DNA of 62,939 nucleotides, counting the filler, from Stramenopiles sp. TOSAG23-6 (lineage: Eukaryota): assembly GCA_900128565.1 (NCBI GenBank). It is 9 parts of 9 records of this genome, joined end to end, with 100 filler letters (N's around TTAATTAATTAA, not from the genome) between each part and the next. Parts side by side here need not be neighbours in the genome. Positions count along the whole stretch, not along the records: positions 23,283 to 30,924 come from LT636539.1; positions 31,025 to 38,656 come from LT636540.1; positions 38,757 to 46,367 come from LT636541.1; 6 more parts are not named here. One strand, written 5' to 3'. The first letter of the stretch is position 1; each line of letters starts with the position of its first letter. The translations under genes were made by a program, and so were the position numbers. Shown one piece after another: positions 25,814 to 40,341 of the stretch. Under the pieces are notes generated by a model. That model worked only from the letters and a program-made list of their open reading frames with translations. It was not told the DNA's origin and ran no database searches.

Positions 25814-27216
25814 TTTTGAAATTCAAATTGACAAATTGACTTAAATTGATATGAAATATAAAAACATACAAATTGAAAAGGAAGTGAACACAACGATAAT
25901 CTTAATTGACGAACCATTGTATCACCACCAGTGTGTTTTGCATCAGTAATTGTATTGATTGAAATCATTAATAATCTATGTATCAAATTTCGTATATTTA
26001 ATTTCATATTTGAATTAGGGTTAGGGTTTTGACATGTTGATAATTGTTGTGCAATTTCATTTGTCATCCAAACTAACGCATTTGATAAGTATAGAATTGT
26101 CTTTGGTAGTAATGAAAGTCTTTTTATGGCTGTTGAGATACTTGTCATAAGCACTTCAATTGTGCTAAGAAATTCAATAGAATTATTTTTACTAAATGTA
26201 TTTTTAGGAAAATATTTTTGAAAAAAAATTTACAATTTTGTTAGGTACGAAATTTCGTATGAAAAAAAAATATTTTTGAAAAAAAAAATTTTAATTTTGT
26301 TAGGTACGAAATTTCGTATGAAAAAAAAACAAATAAAAAAAAAAAACATACATTTGTCAATTTGAGCCAATACAAAAGATTTCATATCAAGTTGTATAAG
26401 AATTGCAATAATATCTACATCATTAATTATAAATGGAGATACAACTGGCATAGGTGTAATAAATATCCAATCTTTTTCACCATCTGAAAAATTTTCATCA
26501 TCTACAGATAATTTTTTTTGAGTTGCATTTTTGTCTCTTCTAGGGTTAGGGGTTTTATCTTGTCTAGGGTTAGGGGTTTTATCTTGTCTAGGGTTAGGGT
26601 TGTGTAATTTTGAATTGACAATTTTTGGAGTAAGTATATAATGAATTGCAGCAATAAATTCAACATATGAATCATTTTGATTTGGATAATATGATTGTTT
26701 TGAAAGAATATTTAGTAATACACAACCCCAAGGTAAATCTTTCATTGTACAATTTGAATTATTTGAATCACATTTTGAATTATTTACATTACATTTTGAT
26801 TTCGTTTCGTCATCTAGGGTTAGGGTTTTTGTTTTGTCTAGAATTTTTGTTTTTGAGCCAAAACCAAAAGAAAAAAAACATTCTGAACCAAAACCACGAC
26901 AATTTAATAATTCAACAAGAAAAAAATCAAACCAATTCAATTGTTGAGTTACAAATTTACTTTTGTTCTTACTCAAAAATGACGGAAAAAATAAATTGTG
27001 AAAAAATATTTTGAATTTTTTTTTGTTAGGTACAAAATTTCGTACGAAATATTTCAAAAAAAAATTTCAAAAAAAAAAAAAAAAAAAAATAAAAAAAAAA
27101 AAATTTTTTTTTTTTTATTTTTTTTTTTTTTTTTTTTTGAAATTTTTTTTTGAAATATTTCGTACGAAATTTTGTACCTAACAAAAAAAAATTCAAAATA
27201 TTTTTTCACAATTTAT

Positions 27217-28337
27217 TTTTTCCGTCATTTTTGAGTAAGAACAAAAGTAAATTTGTAACTCAACAATTGAATTGGTTTGATTTTTTTCTTGTTGAATTAT
27301 TAAATTGTCGTGGTTTTGGTTCAGAATGTTTTTTTTCTTTTGGTTTTGGCTCAAAAACAAAAATTCTAGACAAAACAAAAACCCTAACCCTAGATGACGA
27401 AACGAAATCAAAATGTAATGTAAATAATTCAAAATGTGATTCAAATAATTCAAATTGTACAATGAAAGATTTACCTTGGGGTTGTGTATTACTAAATATT
27501 CTTTCAAAACAATCATATTATCCAAATCAAAATGATTCATATGTTGAATTTATTGCTGCAATTCATTATATACTTACTCCAAAAATTGTCAATTCAAAAT
27601 TACACAACCCTAACCCTAGACAAGATAAAACCCCTAACCCTAGACAAGATAAAACCCCTAACCCTAGAAGAGACAAAAATGCAACTCAAAAAAAATTATC
27701 TGTAGATGATGAAAATTTTTCAGATGGTGAAAAAGATTGGATATTTATTACACCTATGCCAGTTGTATCTCCATTTATAATTAATGATGTAGATATTATT
27801 GCAATTCTTATACAACTTGATATGAAATCTTTTGTATTGGCTCAAATTGACAAATGTATGTTTTTTTTTTTTATTTGTTTTTTTTTCATACGAAATTTCG
27901 TACCTAACAAAATTAAAATTTTTTTTTTCAAAAATATTTTTTTTTCATACGAAATTTCGTACCTAACAAAATTGTAAATTTTTTTTCAAAAATATTTTCC
28001 TAAAAATACATTTAGTAAAAATAATTCTATTGAATTTCTTAGCACAATTGAAGTGCTTATGACAAGTATCTCAACAGCCATAAAAAGACTTTCATTACTA
28101 CCAAAGACAATTCTATACTTATCAAATGCGTTAGTTTGGATGACAAATGAAATTGCACAACAATTATCAACATGTCAAAACCCTAACCCTAATTCAAATA
28201 TGAAATTAAATATACGAAATTTGATACATAGATTATTAATGATTTCAATCAATACAATTACTGATGCAAAACACACTGGTGGTGATACAATGGTTCGTCA
28301 ATTAAGATTATCGTTGTGTTCACTTCCTTTTCAATTT
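27217..28337 (+). CDS. EPG5: EPG5-like, more N-terminal fragment (intron 27856-28011); mirror copy on - at 25870-26990
   Basis: VDDENFSDGEKDWIF…INDVDIIAILIQL resembles, from memory, EPG5 VDEGGEEDED..SWILLNEDDLVTILAQF. Confidence 0.5.
27856..28011 (+). other. Introner-family intron, GT-AT, with duplicated branch module
   Basis: AAAT|GTATGTTT…AAAATACAT|TT AGT; two copies of CATACGAAATTTCGTACCTAAC; no AG inside. Confidence 0.78.
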
Positions 28338-28393
28338 GTATGTTTTTATATTTCATATCAATTTAAGTCAATTTGTCAATTTGAATTTCAAAA

Positions 28394-28426
<33 letters not shown>

Positions 28427-31079
28427 AAAAAAAAAAATTTTTAAAAATTTTAAAATTTCAAAAAAAAAAAAAAAAAAAAAAAAAATATGTTTCACACTAT
28501 AGGATCATTTTTATTTTGTCCTAAAAATTCAGTTACATTTGATTGACTAATCCATAATGACATGGCACTATATATTCCATGAAATTGCGCATTTTTTTTT
28601 TCAATTTCAAATTTATTTTTTTTCGTAGGTAATTCTGTACCTAACGAATTTTCAAAAAATTTTTCAGAATTTTTTTCAAAATTTTTGTTATCAGTACTAG
28701 GGTTAGGGCTTTGCGAATTTTGAGAATTTGTAGGTACATTATTATACTTATACATTGAAAAATATTCAGCTAAATAATCCAATCGATTTTTCATTTTATG
28801 TCGCATTTCTTCCGTAAAAAATAAGTGACCAAAAAAATAATTTTCATATCGTTCAAAATAGAGAATAAATAATAATTGCCAGAATAATAATAAAATAGGC
28901 TCATATAGTGTACAAAAATATTTACAATGTTTTGTTGTACATGTTTGTTAGGTACAAAATTTCGTATGAAAAAAAAATTATAAAATTTTTTTTTTTTCAG
29001 TGAAACATTTTTTTTGTTAGGTACAAAATTTCGTATGAAAAAAAAAACAAAAAAAAAAAGTCAACATACATTTTCGGGAAGAGTGAGAACAAATTGCAGC
29101 CATTCATGAACACAAAATTTCGAGACATCCCAATTATATCGTTCAGAACCAAAATTTAAATCATTTATTGAAATTTCATCAATTTGAATCTCAGACGGAA
29201 AATCCAAATTTGTATTTGTACTATTTGTACTATTTGTAGTATTTTGAATATTTGTAGTATTTTGAATATTTTTGATATTTTGAATATTTTTGATATTTTT
29301 TGTTTTTTTGGTTGTACTTCGATTAGGGTTAGGGTTATTCAAACAACAACGACCAAGTAATAAACGGACATCTTTTTCAATTTGTGTTTCAGATAGTAAA
29401 ATAAGAAAATTATACGCAGTATTTGTACATGTAATGAAAGAAAAATATTTTTTTTTTTTTAGTAAAAATTTTTTTTTTTGTTAGGTACAAAATTATCTAC
29501 GAAAAAAAAAATCCATGAAATGTAAAATTTGAAAAAAAAAAACCTACATAATTTATCTTTCATTGTATCACATTTTAAATCCTCTTTTGACGGGATACAA
29601 GTACCATTAGGGTTAGGGTTAGCAGTGATGTCGTCTTTCAATGTACGTCTATAGGGTAAAAACCAATGATAATGATTTTCTCCATAAATTATGGAAAAAT
29701 ATTTCAAAATTTTCTATAAAAAAAAAAATTGTTAGGTACAAAATTTTTTTACCAAAAAAAAAAAAAAAAAAAATTCAATTTCAAATTTAAAAAAATAAAA
29801 CATACATGTATTGTTATTGTTTGATGTCCAGTATCATTTAATGGATTATAATTTCGTATTGTCAACATTCGGCTTTTTTCACATAATACATTGACAAATG
29901 TTGATATACTTTTTGAATATATTTTTACAGGATTTCGTGTTTTTAGTGTTTTTAGTTTTGTTTTATCTTTGACTGTTTTGGATATATTTGTCAAGGTACT
30001 GTTTGTATTGTTTAGTATAGCAATATTCAGTAAAGTATTTGATAATATATTTAATGTTTTTTTAACAGTAAAGAATTGCATTGAGTTTTGTAATAAATTT
30101 CGTATAGGTCTACAAATAGATGTACAATTAGGGTTAGGGTTAGGCATTGAATTCAAATTGTGTTTGCTTTTGTTTTTATAGATTGTAGTAGTAGTTGTAG
30201 TATTCGAAGCATTAATACTCTCTATTTGAGTTTTAGGATTTGTATCATTTTTATGATTTTTATGATTTTTGTTTGAGTTGTCATCAATAGATAAAATCAA
30301 ACTTAACCAAAATGTTACTATTTTGTTTCTTTCATTCACTGAATCACAATATAAAATATGTTTTGAAACTATTTGAGCAAAGGATGATTGAATATTTGAA
30401 CTCACTGTAACATCAGAAGTACAAAATTCTGTACCATTTTCATATGAAACTGAATTTTTATCATTTTTATCATTTTTATCATTTTTTGTACTTGATTTTG
30501 TACTTGATTTTGTATTAAATGAATGTTCAGAATGAAATGATTTTGATGTCATTTTAGGTAAACCAGAGACTCCAGAACGATCTTGTTCTCCTTTTTTTTT
30601 ATGATCAAAAATAATTCCACCCCTAGTTGCTACTAAACATATTTTTGAAGTGTCTGTAGTAGTAGGGTTAGGGTTTTTTGGGTTTGATGGTAAAGAGTTT
30701 GGTACTGTATCAATGATTTTAGTTTTGCTTTCAATACCATTTGTTGAATTGGTTATCTGTATTGTATATATATATATATATTATTATTATTATTATTATT
30801 ATTAGTCTTTTAAAAAAATAGTTAGGAAAATATTTTAAATTTTTTTTTTTTTTTTTTTTTTTTGGGAAAAAATTTTTTTACAAAAAAAAAGAAAAAAAAA
30901 TTTAAAAAATTTTGGAAAAACAAANNNNNNNNNNNNNNNNNNNNNNNNNNNNNNNNNNNNNNNNNNNNTTAATTAATTAANNNNNNNNNNNNNNNNNNNN
31001 NNNNNNNNNNNNNNNNNNNNNNNNATTTTGTACCTAACAAATTTTAGTTTTTTTTTTGAAATATTTTTTCACAATACAT

Positions 31080-32587
31080 TAAGTAAATCTTTCGGTTTAC
31101 AGAGACTTTTGAATATCCAAGATAAAAAGCAGATAACGGATGTTACTAACAATGTGGATACTAGAAAAAAATATTCTTTCTTTTTTGATTCTGATGGTGA
31201 AAGCTCAATTTTTAATACATCAAAAGAAATATCAAGAAAAAAAAATGATTCTCCAAAAAAAGGATGGTTAAATTTTTCTACTATTTTTGCTTCGTCTTCT
31301 ACAAAACATCATAAATCTTGTACAAGTAAAGTTAGATTACCAGTAAAAATGGAAATATGTTCAGGTGCTGGTGAATGGGCCGTTGCACAAGCTTTAGCTA
31401 GTCGTTCCTCCGATGGAGTATCATCTGTAGAAAATAATAATAATATACATGTTGCTAATTGGGTTACAGTAGAACTACGCCGTGATCGCTTATATCATAC
31501 AATGTTACGTGCACTATTTTCTGGTGCAGATAATATGTGTTTCATGTCTGGCGATGCATCAAAAATTCTTCCTTCAAGTATTGCAACTTCATCGATATCA
31601 AACATTTACGTGAATCATCCTGAGCCACCGGAGCGTACATCTGATGGTGCTTTTGATTCCCAAGGAAAGCATTTATTGACTGCATCATTTTTTAAGGATA
31701 TTGCAAGAGTTCTTACCCCTGGTGGTACTATTACTATTGTCACAGATAATTTAGGGTATGCCAAACTTTTAGCTGGTATTGTAGCTGGTGCGAAATATGA
31801 CGGAAATTATACTGACTGTGAAGCATTTGAAGAATTAAAAAATAATAATGACAGTATGAATGATGGCGAGATAGATAATAATTTACCACCGGTATTTAAT
31901 CGACCTGCTCCAGGAAGAATTCGTACATGGGAAACTACATCCCTTACACCTAATCCTAATCCTAATCCTAACCCTAACCCTAATGATTCTTTTCGTAGAC
32001 ATTCAAAAGAAAATACACAAAAAGAGAAACGCAAAAATGTAGATATTAAAAAGAGGTTTTTTGCGTCTGTTCCTGTTAGAAAAGTTGCAAGTGATGGCAG
32101 ACAAATTAAAATGAGCATTTATGGTGTTGATATTTGTGTTGGTATACCTGGCCGACGTGTTATCGGAGGGCATGTCACTCATGTACGTTTTCATCATGAA
32201 TTTCAAATTTGTTTTTTTTTCATACGAAAATGTGTACCTAACACATTATACATTTTTATTTTTTTCACAATACATGCATCATCATATTTTGATCGATTGT
32301 GGAGGAAAGGTAAAAATGTAGAACGATTTTCTTTAGTCCTACGTACAAAAGATATTTCTGGTATTTTTGAAAGTTCTACTTTTATTTCAAAAGATAATTT
32401 TAAATTAGTAGATTCATTTTCTTCTTCCTCTTCTTCGTCTGCTCCTATGTCACGTAAACGCATTATTAAAGCCGTTCGTGTTTCACCAGTGCGACCTGAC
32501 AAGCGAAGTACCACAGAAATTTTAAAACACCAGAAAGCAAAAAAACAAAGAACGAAATTGTCGAATGTTAAAAAAGTTATTTTTTAG
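31080..32587 (+). CDS. TrmB-like (tRNA m7G46) methyltransferase-domain protein, 5'-partial, intron 32183-32275
   Basis: MEICSGAGEW, VTVELR, IYVNHPEPP, HLLT..FF..IARVL.PGG.ITIVTDN..YA, SSYFDRLW. Confidence 0.75.
32183..32275 (+). other. Introner-family intron, GT-AT, 93 nt (stop-free, in frame)
   Basis: CAT|GTACGTTTTC…CATACGAAAATGTGTACCTAAC…CACAATACAT|GCA; no AG inside. Confidence 0.8.
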
Positions 32588-32633
32588 ATTTTTTAGATAA
32601 AGTATCATTTAAATGGACTTTTAAATGTTTTTT

Positions 32634-33940
32634 TTATTGTTTTGCTTTTTTACGTTGCTCAAAAAAAGGATCTGGAAATACTTCTGGAAAAAATTGACCC
32701 GCTTTTCCAAGCTTTCCTGCTAATGGAGGTTTTTGGAGTGAAAAAATATTTTAAGGAAAAAAAATGTCAGGTACAGAGTTAGGTACGAAAAGAAAATTTT
32801 TAAAATTTTTAAAATTGATGATTATGGTTGTTAACATACTTTGGATCGAGGCACTGAGTTCTACCGTCAATATAGTTGACACTGAAAGCTCGTCTAGGGC
32901 AAGCTGTAACATTACTCCCACTTTTATGCACCGTAAAATTGTGGACGAGGAAGGTATCACCAGGTTTGCCTGTATGAAAAAAAAAGTTGTATTTTTATCT
33001 TTTTGTTAGGTAAAAAGCCTTTGGATTAGGGTTAGGATTTATTTAAAAAAATATATTTTAGATGCAATTTTAGCAACGTACATTGAAGAGATACAGTATT
33101 CTCAGGTCTACATATCTTCTTTACTAGTTCTGAAGATAATGTATTTTAGAAAAATATTTCAAAAAAAAACGTTAGGTACAAAATTTAGTATGAAAAAAAA
33201 ATCGAAATTAAAAAAAAATAAAATCATACATGTATGTCCTCGAGCCGATAAAAGACCAAATTTATGAGAACCGCGAATTACTTTCATACAACCTGAATTT
33301 TCTGTGACGTCATCGAGGGCTGTCCAACAAAATATTTTTGGGTCTCGGTCCAAGGCCCACCAGTCACCCCCATCTTGATGATAAGGCATGTATTGTCAAA
33401 ACATGTTTGGAGGATTTGTAGAAAAAAAATATTAGGTACAAAATTGTGTATGAAATGTTTTTTTTTGAAATTGGTGATAAAAATATACAGTGGCATTCCA
33501 CCGCCACACTTTTTAAAATGTGCAGGCTTATTGAATAGCATTGCTCTATACACAGAAATTTTGGTATGTGGCCCATATGCGCGACTACATATATCTCTAA
33601 AAATAGATTTCTTCATAAAAGATGCAAAGAGGTCATCACATTCAAGGCCAGCTCCAGCTTCACCGATTTTGCGATACATTCGTGTGGCACCCTTCCAACC
33701 TACAGTCTGACCAGAAATTTCAACATTTTGCTTTTCATAATCGAGCTCTTCGCCATTTTTGTTGGTGGTAGGGTCTAACTGCATTAATAATTTGTCACCG
33801 TATTGTATTTTTCCCATCATGATATCATCGATACGTTTTATGAGAGCTTCAAGTTCAACTTTTGAAAGTACATTTTCGATTCGAAGGAAACCATCCTCGA
33901 GAAACTGCTCCCAATCTGCATCAGAAATACACGTAGACAT
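32634..33940 (-). CDS. PhyH-family dioxygenase, five exons
   Basis: Spliced product …GGGMPLPYHQDGG…WTALDD..ENSGCMKVIRGSH…LSARGHTLSS…CKPGDTFLVHNFTVHKSG…RRAFSVNY…. Confidence 0.88.
32731..32839 (-). other. Introner-family intron, probable GT-AA
   Basis: CCAAA|GTATGT…TTCGTACCTAAC…CACTCCAAAA|A CCT gives LDPKPPLAG; no AG inside. Confidence 0.6.
32970..33081 (-). other. Introner-family intron, canonical GT-AG variant containing CCTAACCCTAA
   Basis: CAAT|GTACGT…TTTTTACCTAAC…CATACAG|GC AAA gives LQCKPGD. Confidence 0.82.
33139..33229 (-). other. Introner-family intron, GT-AT
   Basis: ACAT|GTATGA…TTTTGTACCTAAC…AAAATACAT|TA TCT gives RGHTLSSE. Confidence 0.85.
33388..33488 (-). other. Introner-family intron, GT-AT
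   Basis: CCA CT|GTATAT…GACAATACAT|G CCT gives MPLPYHQD; no AG inside. Confidence 0.85.
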
Positions 33941-34467
33941 TCTTTTCTATGACAATATAATGATCACTGAGTTATGAATAAATAGCTTTTGTAGAAGAGG
34001 AAAAGAAAACAGAGAGGAAACGAGGCAAAGACTCAAAGTGGGCTTCCCTTGGAGAGAGGTATTATATTATTTTATTCGTATCTTCGTATATTTATTATAT
34101 TATATTGCGGCCATCGCGCGATGATTGATGTCAAAATTTCTCCGTTGATGTCCGTTCTTTCTATTTTTTCGCTTTCCGTTTCATCGGAGTTTTTTTTGAC
34201 GTACTAGTAGTAGAAACACGTAAGTATGTGTGGCTATTTTATTCTATAATATAGACAACAAATACAGACTGTAGCTAGTAGTGTTAATTGCTCTTTACTA
34301 CGTACTATACAACTACCTCCATACAGTACGTCGTAGTATCCTACAGCCAACTTTGAATCTCAATTCTAATGCAGTGCCACTTGCAGTAGATTGGCTAGGG
34401 TTAGGTTCAACAATTTCAATATTTTCATGGTACGAATACTTTGATTATTATTAGTAAATAGAAAAAA

Positions 34468-36628
34468 ATGTCTGCCCAAGTGCACCCTTTAGATGCATCA
34501 TCTAAGGTTAATTTGGAAGATCAATTTTCAAAGACTTCTGCTGTACCAACTAGTCACCAACCATCGAATGGTTTCAAAAGCAAGGGAACTAGGGTTAGGG
34601 TTCTTGACAAAAGGAGAGTAACTATTGAAGAAAGACGTCGGTCTCTACGTACTGCAGTAAAAAGTGTGGAGAGTACTCTGCAAGATTTGGATAGAATTAG
34701 GCGAAATGTCATTTCCCCCAATAGTAGTGTAATGCATTATTGGGATTTTTTCATGTTTATACTTCTTGCATTCACTGCAAGTATGTTTTATTTTTTTTTC
34801 AATTTCGAAATTATTTTTCATACGAAATTTTGTATCTAACATTTTTTTTAGATTTTTTTTTGAAATATTTTTCCAAAATACAACGATTACGCCGTATGAA
34901 GTAGCATTTTTAGAAAGACAAACAGGAGCCCTGTTTTTTATTAATGTAGTAGTAAATCTATCCTTTTTCATAGATTTGATTCTACAATTCTTCTTGGTAT
35001 ATTATGATGAAAAACGCGGAATGTGGGAGTATGACCATAAACTAATTGCACAAAATTATATCCGAGGTTGGTTTATAGTTGATTTTGTATCTGTGCTACC
35101 GTTTGATATTCTTGGCAAAATAACAAACAATGAAGAAATCGGAGGTGCAAAATTTCTTCGTATTGTTCGTTTGATGCGCTTATTTAAACTAGTAAAAATT
35201 GTAAAAGCGTCAAACATTTTACTAAGATTTCAAGCTAGTATCAGTTTGTCCTTTGCACTACTAGAATTAATAAAGTTTCTAATTGGTGTTATCGCCATAT
35301 CCCATTGGTGTGCCTGCTTATGGTACTTATCAGCATTTATAGAGGTCGGCCGTGAAAATTGGATCACAAATTATGGAATTGAAGACTCCACTTTAGTTGA
35401 TAAATACGTTGTTTCATTATATTGGTCTGTAATGACAATAACTACAATTGGATATGGAGATGTTCTCCCAATGAATATTTCGGAAAGAATCTGTGCTACT
35501 TTTACAATGATGATTGGAGGAGCAGTGTATGCATATGCCATCGGAGCGGTTTGTGGGATTATTAGTAGCATGGATCGTGATATTGCTGATTTTCACCAGG
35601 CAATGGATCAGTTAAATGCGTATTTAGAAGAAGTGAAAGCTCCACCAGCAATGTGTATGAGAATGAGAAGTTATTTTACTGAAAGTCGAAGTTTACATCA
35701 ACACAAATATAATCTTGGTATCATAAGACAAATGTCTGCTGGTCTTCGACGAGAATTTGCAGGGTATTGTCATGGTCATTGGATTCGTTCAGTTCCCTTT
35801 TTTAGTGGTGGATCATATGAAAAAGACTTTATTTCAGCAATAGCATTAAAGCTGTATAATAGATCATATCCAGCATTTGAGGAGTTGATCCGTGAAGGTG
35901 AACCAACAGAAAAAATGTATCTTATTCGAAGAGGTTTGGTTGGCAAAACGGGTAGAGTGTATGGTACAGGCAGATATGTCGGCGAAGATATGATATTATT
36001 TAATTCCAAGAGAAACTATAGAGTGACTTGCTTAACCTTTGTTGATGTTATGGTTTTATCCAGTGAAGATTTAAGAGAAATATTAACAAATCCGCTCTTT
36101 TCAGAGCAATCGCATATAATAAGAACAGCTTCTATTTGGATGCGACTTCGAGTTGCGTTTATTCAGATGGCAAGAGATATTTCTGTATTTAAGATGCTAA
36201 CTGGGCATACTCCTATTTTCAAAACAAAGGATGATGGAATCCGATTTTTATTATCACTCAATAATCCAGATTTGAAAAAAACAAATAGACCTGTGTCTAA
36301 TTATGAAAACACAAAAGATATAGAAAAAGTAGAAAACATAAAAAAAGAACTTGANAAAAATTCACCACATATTTTGAAAGATATTGATGATACCTTGGAA
36401 GCTTGGACGAAAAAACAAAATTGTGTTGTAAAAAAAGCTGTACGAGAGACATATAACACAAGTACTAAAATACTTCAAGATAAATTAGAGAAAATGATCA
36501 AATCTAAGTTAAGAGACATGAGTGTTCATGTTGTAAATGAAGCAAAGAATAGAATAACCTTTATTGCAGCATTATCATCATTTTTTATTATCCTGGTAGC
36601 ATCTGTGTTATCAAATTCAATTAAATAA
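34468..36628 (+). CDS. Cyclic-nucleotide-binding voltage-gated channel (KCNH/HCN/CNG-like), intron 34781-34883
   Basis: S4 LRIVRLMRLFKLVK, pore TITTIGYGD, cNMP-binding domain with MYLIRRG and GEDMIL. Confidence 0.92.
34781..34883 (+). other. Introner-family intron, GT-AA
   Basis: GCAA|GTATGTTT…CAAAATACAA|CG ATT gives LLAFTATITPYE (S1 motif). The only internal AG is out of frame. Confidence 0.8.
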
Positions 36629-36863
36629 AATTGTGACAAGATTTTATCATATAATTATTCTTAGAATTTTTGATTGAGAAAAACTGAAAAAAATCAAAAA
36701 AAGTCAGGCGGTGAACAAAACTGCTCGGTCAAGCCACTTCAGATGATTTGATTAGTCTCTCTCGACCACGCACTATCATCTATTATCGATACTGGACCTC
36801 GCGACAGTCCTTTTGCCCCACTTGACATTATCTTAAGTCTTGAATTCAGCGACATTTAGATTA

Positions 36864-37592
36864 ATGCAGCGTTCTTTATCTTTAGCACGGCGTGCGATCG
36901 TTGCATCCACGTCACCACTAAAGCAAACATTCAACTTAGCTGCAGTACGTTGTAGCAGTGCCGGTGCTCCAGGATGGTCTTGGCATGAAGATTTGACAAA
37001 TATCGTCAAGGCTATTGCGCTTTGGGGGCCTTCTTTAACAATGCGAAAGTTTCTACATATGAAGGATATTCGTTTTGGTAATAAGGTAGGAGAGGATTCC
37101 ATGGGAAATAGCTACTATGAAAATACAAATTATCAATATGGAAGACACCGATGGGTTGAATATGCTGGTCTTCCATGGTCTTCAGAAGTGGAACAGACGA
37201 CAGTTGACGCTGATTGGTATGGATGGCTACACTACACAACTGATCAGAAAGGCAACGATTATCGATTACAAGAAGGTGAAAAGATAAATCAAGGCTCTGA
37301 CGTACCATACAATCATGGTGTTGGTGGAGTTATTGAACCTTTTAGTCGAAATAACACATCTGTGAAACGTCGGGCTTATAACGATGGTGTGAGTCCTGCC
37401 GTTGATAGTTATTGGAAACAGCCAAGTCATCCTTCATTTAAGGACAAGAATAAACGAACAGGTCCTGTCTTTCACGAAGCTCGTGTTGAAGAGTGGACTC
37501 CTCCAAACGAGGAACCAAAAAAGATCGATCCAAAGAATCAACCTGCTGGGTTCACTGACGGTAAGTTTACACGTGATCTAAACGATTATTAA
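36864..37592 (+). CDS. NDUFA12: NADH:ubiquinone oxidoreductase subunit NDUFA12 (B17.2)
   Basis: G..VGEDSMGNSYYE…GRHRWVEY…WYGWLH…EEWTP; mitochondrial-type presequence. Confidence 0.9.
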   Translation: MQRSLSLARRAIVASTSPLKQTFNLAAVRCSSAGAPGWSWHEDLTNIVKAIALWGPSLTMRKFLHMKDIRFGNKVGEDSMGNSYYENTNYQYGRHRWVEYAGLPWSSEVEQTTVDADWYGWLHYTTDQKGNDYRLQEGEKINQGSDVPYNHGVGGVIEPFSRNNTSVKRRAYNDGVSPAVDSYWKQPSHPSFKDKNKRTGPVFHEARVEEWTPPNEEPKKIDPKNQPAGFTDGKFTRDLNDY

Positions 37593-37802
37593 CTGGCGAA
37601 GACTATTCTTGTCAATATGTGTGATATGCATGATTCAGAAACAATCTTCACCACTCAGTTTATCTTTGTTAAATAAATTATTATACAGAAAATGTCTAAA
37701 AATGTTTATAATATATACTAAAAGTAAATTACAAATTCACTTAAGGGAAACAAACATTACTGTTTTTTCAAATAAATCACAAATTCACTTAGGGAAACAA
37801 AC

Positions 37803-38618
<816 letters not shown>

Positions 38619-38971
38619 TCAAAAAAAAATCGTTAGGTACGAAATTTCGTATGAAANNNNNNNNNNNNNNNNNNNNNNNNNNNNNNNNNNNNNNNNNNNN
38701 TTAATTAATTAANNNNNNNNNNNNNNNNNNNNNNNNNNNNNNNNNNNNNNNNNNNNAAAAAAACAATTTATCAGAACCCCAAAGTTTGAGCGACAGAGCA
38801 GAGCGAGTTCAGTTTGAACAAAATGGAAAAAATGGTGGTCATCCATCGCGTCCATCAAACCAAAGTCAAAAGTCAGAGTGAGTCAGAGACTCAGAGTATG
38901 AATTATTTAGTAAGTGTGCAATAATAGTAATTGTGTGCCTCCAACATTAAACGCTCGTGAAAGCTTAGAAT

Positions 38972-39873
38972 ATGGCTCTCCTGTCTGTTGCGGATGCTCG
39001 TTCGGCATTAAAGGACATGATTGCACGTCTTGACGATGAATCAACGAAGGCTTTTCTTGAAAAGTGTGTAGAAGAAGCTGCTGGTGACGTCAACCGCATT
39101 ATGGAAATAATTATGCCAAAAGTAAGTGGAACAAAACCTCATATGTTTCTCGCTAATAACTTGTTATAACTTTACTCAACATGCTTTCATTTATATCATA
39201 TCCCACAATATTCAGATTATGGAAATTCAAGGACATGTAATGCTCAAATTCCCTGGATTTGAAGTTGGTGATGAAGGTTTTAAACAGTTTGCGACTCAAT
39301 TGCAAGCTCGGGAAGCAGAGGACGAAGAAGTCAAGANNNNNNNNNNNNNNNNNNNNNNNNNNNNNNNNNNNNNNNNNNNNNNNNNNNNNNNNNNNNNNNN
39401 NNNNNAAGACATTGGGTGAAACTTTTAAAGCTAGAATGAAAGCGTTGACAAAGGTTGCTGTCTCGTCGGAGATCAAAGAAAGCTCTTTGGATAATACTGA
39501 AAAACAGCAGCTTGCACCATTATCAGTCGTCGATGCTAAAAATGCACTGACTGACATGATCGAGCGTCTCAATGAGGAAAGTACTAAAGAGTTCCTCGAT
39601 ACATGTGTGAATGAAGCAGGTGGTAATTTAGATCGTATTATGGAAATCATAATGCCTAAAATTATGGAAATTCAAGCGCACGCAATGCTTAAATTTCCTG
39701 GATTTGAAGTTAGCGATGAAAGTTTTGAGCAATTTGCGACTCAGTTACAAGCTCGCGAAGCAGAGGATGAAGAAGTAAAATCTTTGGCTGATGAGTTTAA
39801 ATCTAGAATGAAAGCATTGACTAAAGTTGTTGAGAGCCAACCAGTTTCGAATGATAGCAGTACTTTGGAATAA
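38972..39873 (+). CDS. Tandem C10 (Grcc10/C12orf57)-like domain protein, ordinary GT-AG intron 39122-39215
   Basis: Two repeats of LSV.DA..AL.DMI.RL…EA.G…IMEIIMPKIMEIQ.H.MLKF.GF…F..QLQARE.ED.EV. Confidence 0.7.
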
Positions 39874-40341
39874 TTTTCAAAACAACGCAAACAGTTATCT
39901 TTATTAGTATTCATTTTCTTATTGATAAATTTATCTTTGCATCACTATCTATTTTCACCTGCATATTACTATCTAGTTTATTCTCGCCAAATAGAGCACT
40001 TAATGCTGTAATATCAGATTCTTCACACAAAATACTACAATGTGAGTCAAATGAACTCTCTTCAGTGTCCTTCTCGGCGGCGGGGTCAGTTGTTTGCGTT
40101 TCTTCTGAGATAATTTTATCAATCGCTTTACTATTATTATTATTATTATTATTATTATTTGAATGAAAAATTGACGAAGAATTATGTTTACTCACTTTAG
40201 TCGAGGTGCTCCTCTGAAGATCAACAGGATGACCAATTAACTTCAAATTTAAAATTGAATCTGTACCAAATTTCATACCTAACGAATTTGACATTGATTT
40301 TACAGGGGTCCATGTGCTACTATGTATTTTGTAAAAATATT

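Larger units (their letters stand above)
23283..30924. repeat. Whole-contig perfect inverted duplication (fold-back), centre 27103/27104 in an A-run/T-run
   Basis: Every ORF is mirrored with coordinate sum 54207 (e.g. 23655..24458 + and 29749..30552 -). Confidence 0.97.

Noticed and set aside
22328-30552. Many short F/K/I-rich ORFs containing IRNFVPN, YEISYLT or LGTKFR
   Set aside because: These are translations of the intron element in different frames, not a protein domain.
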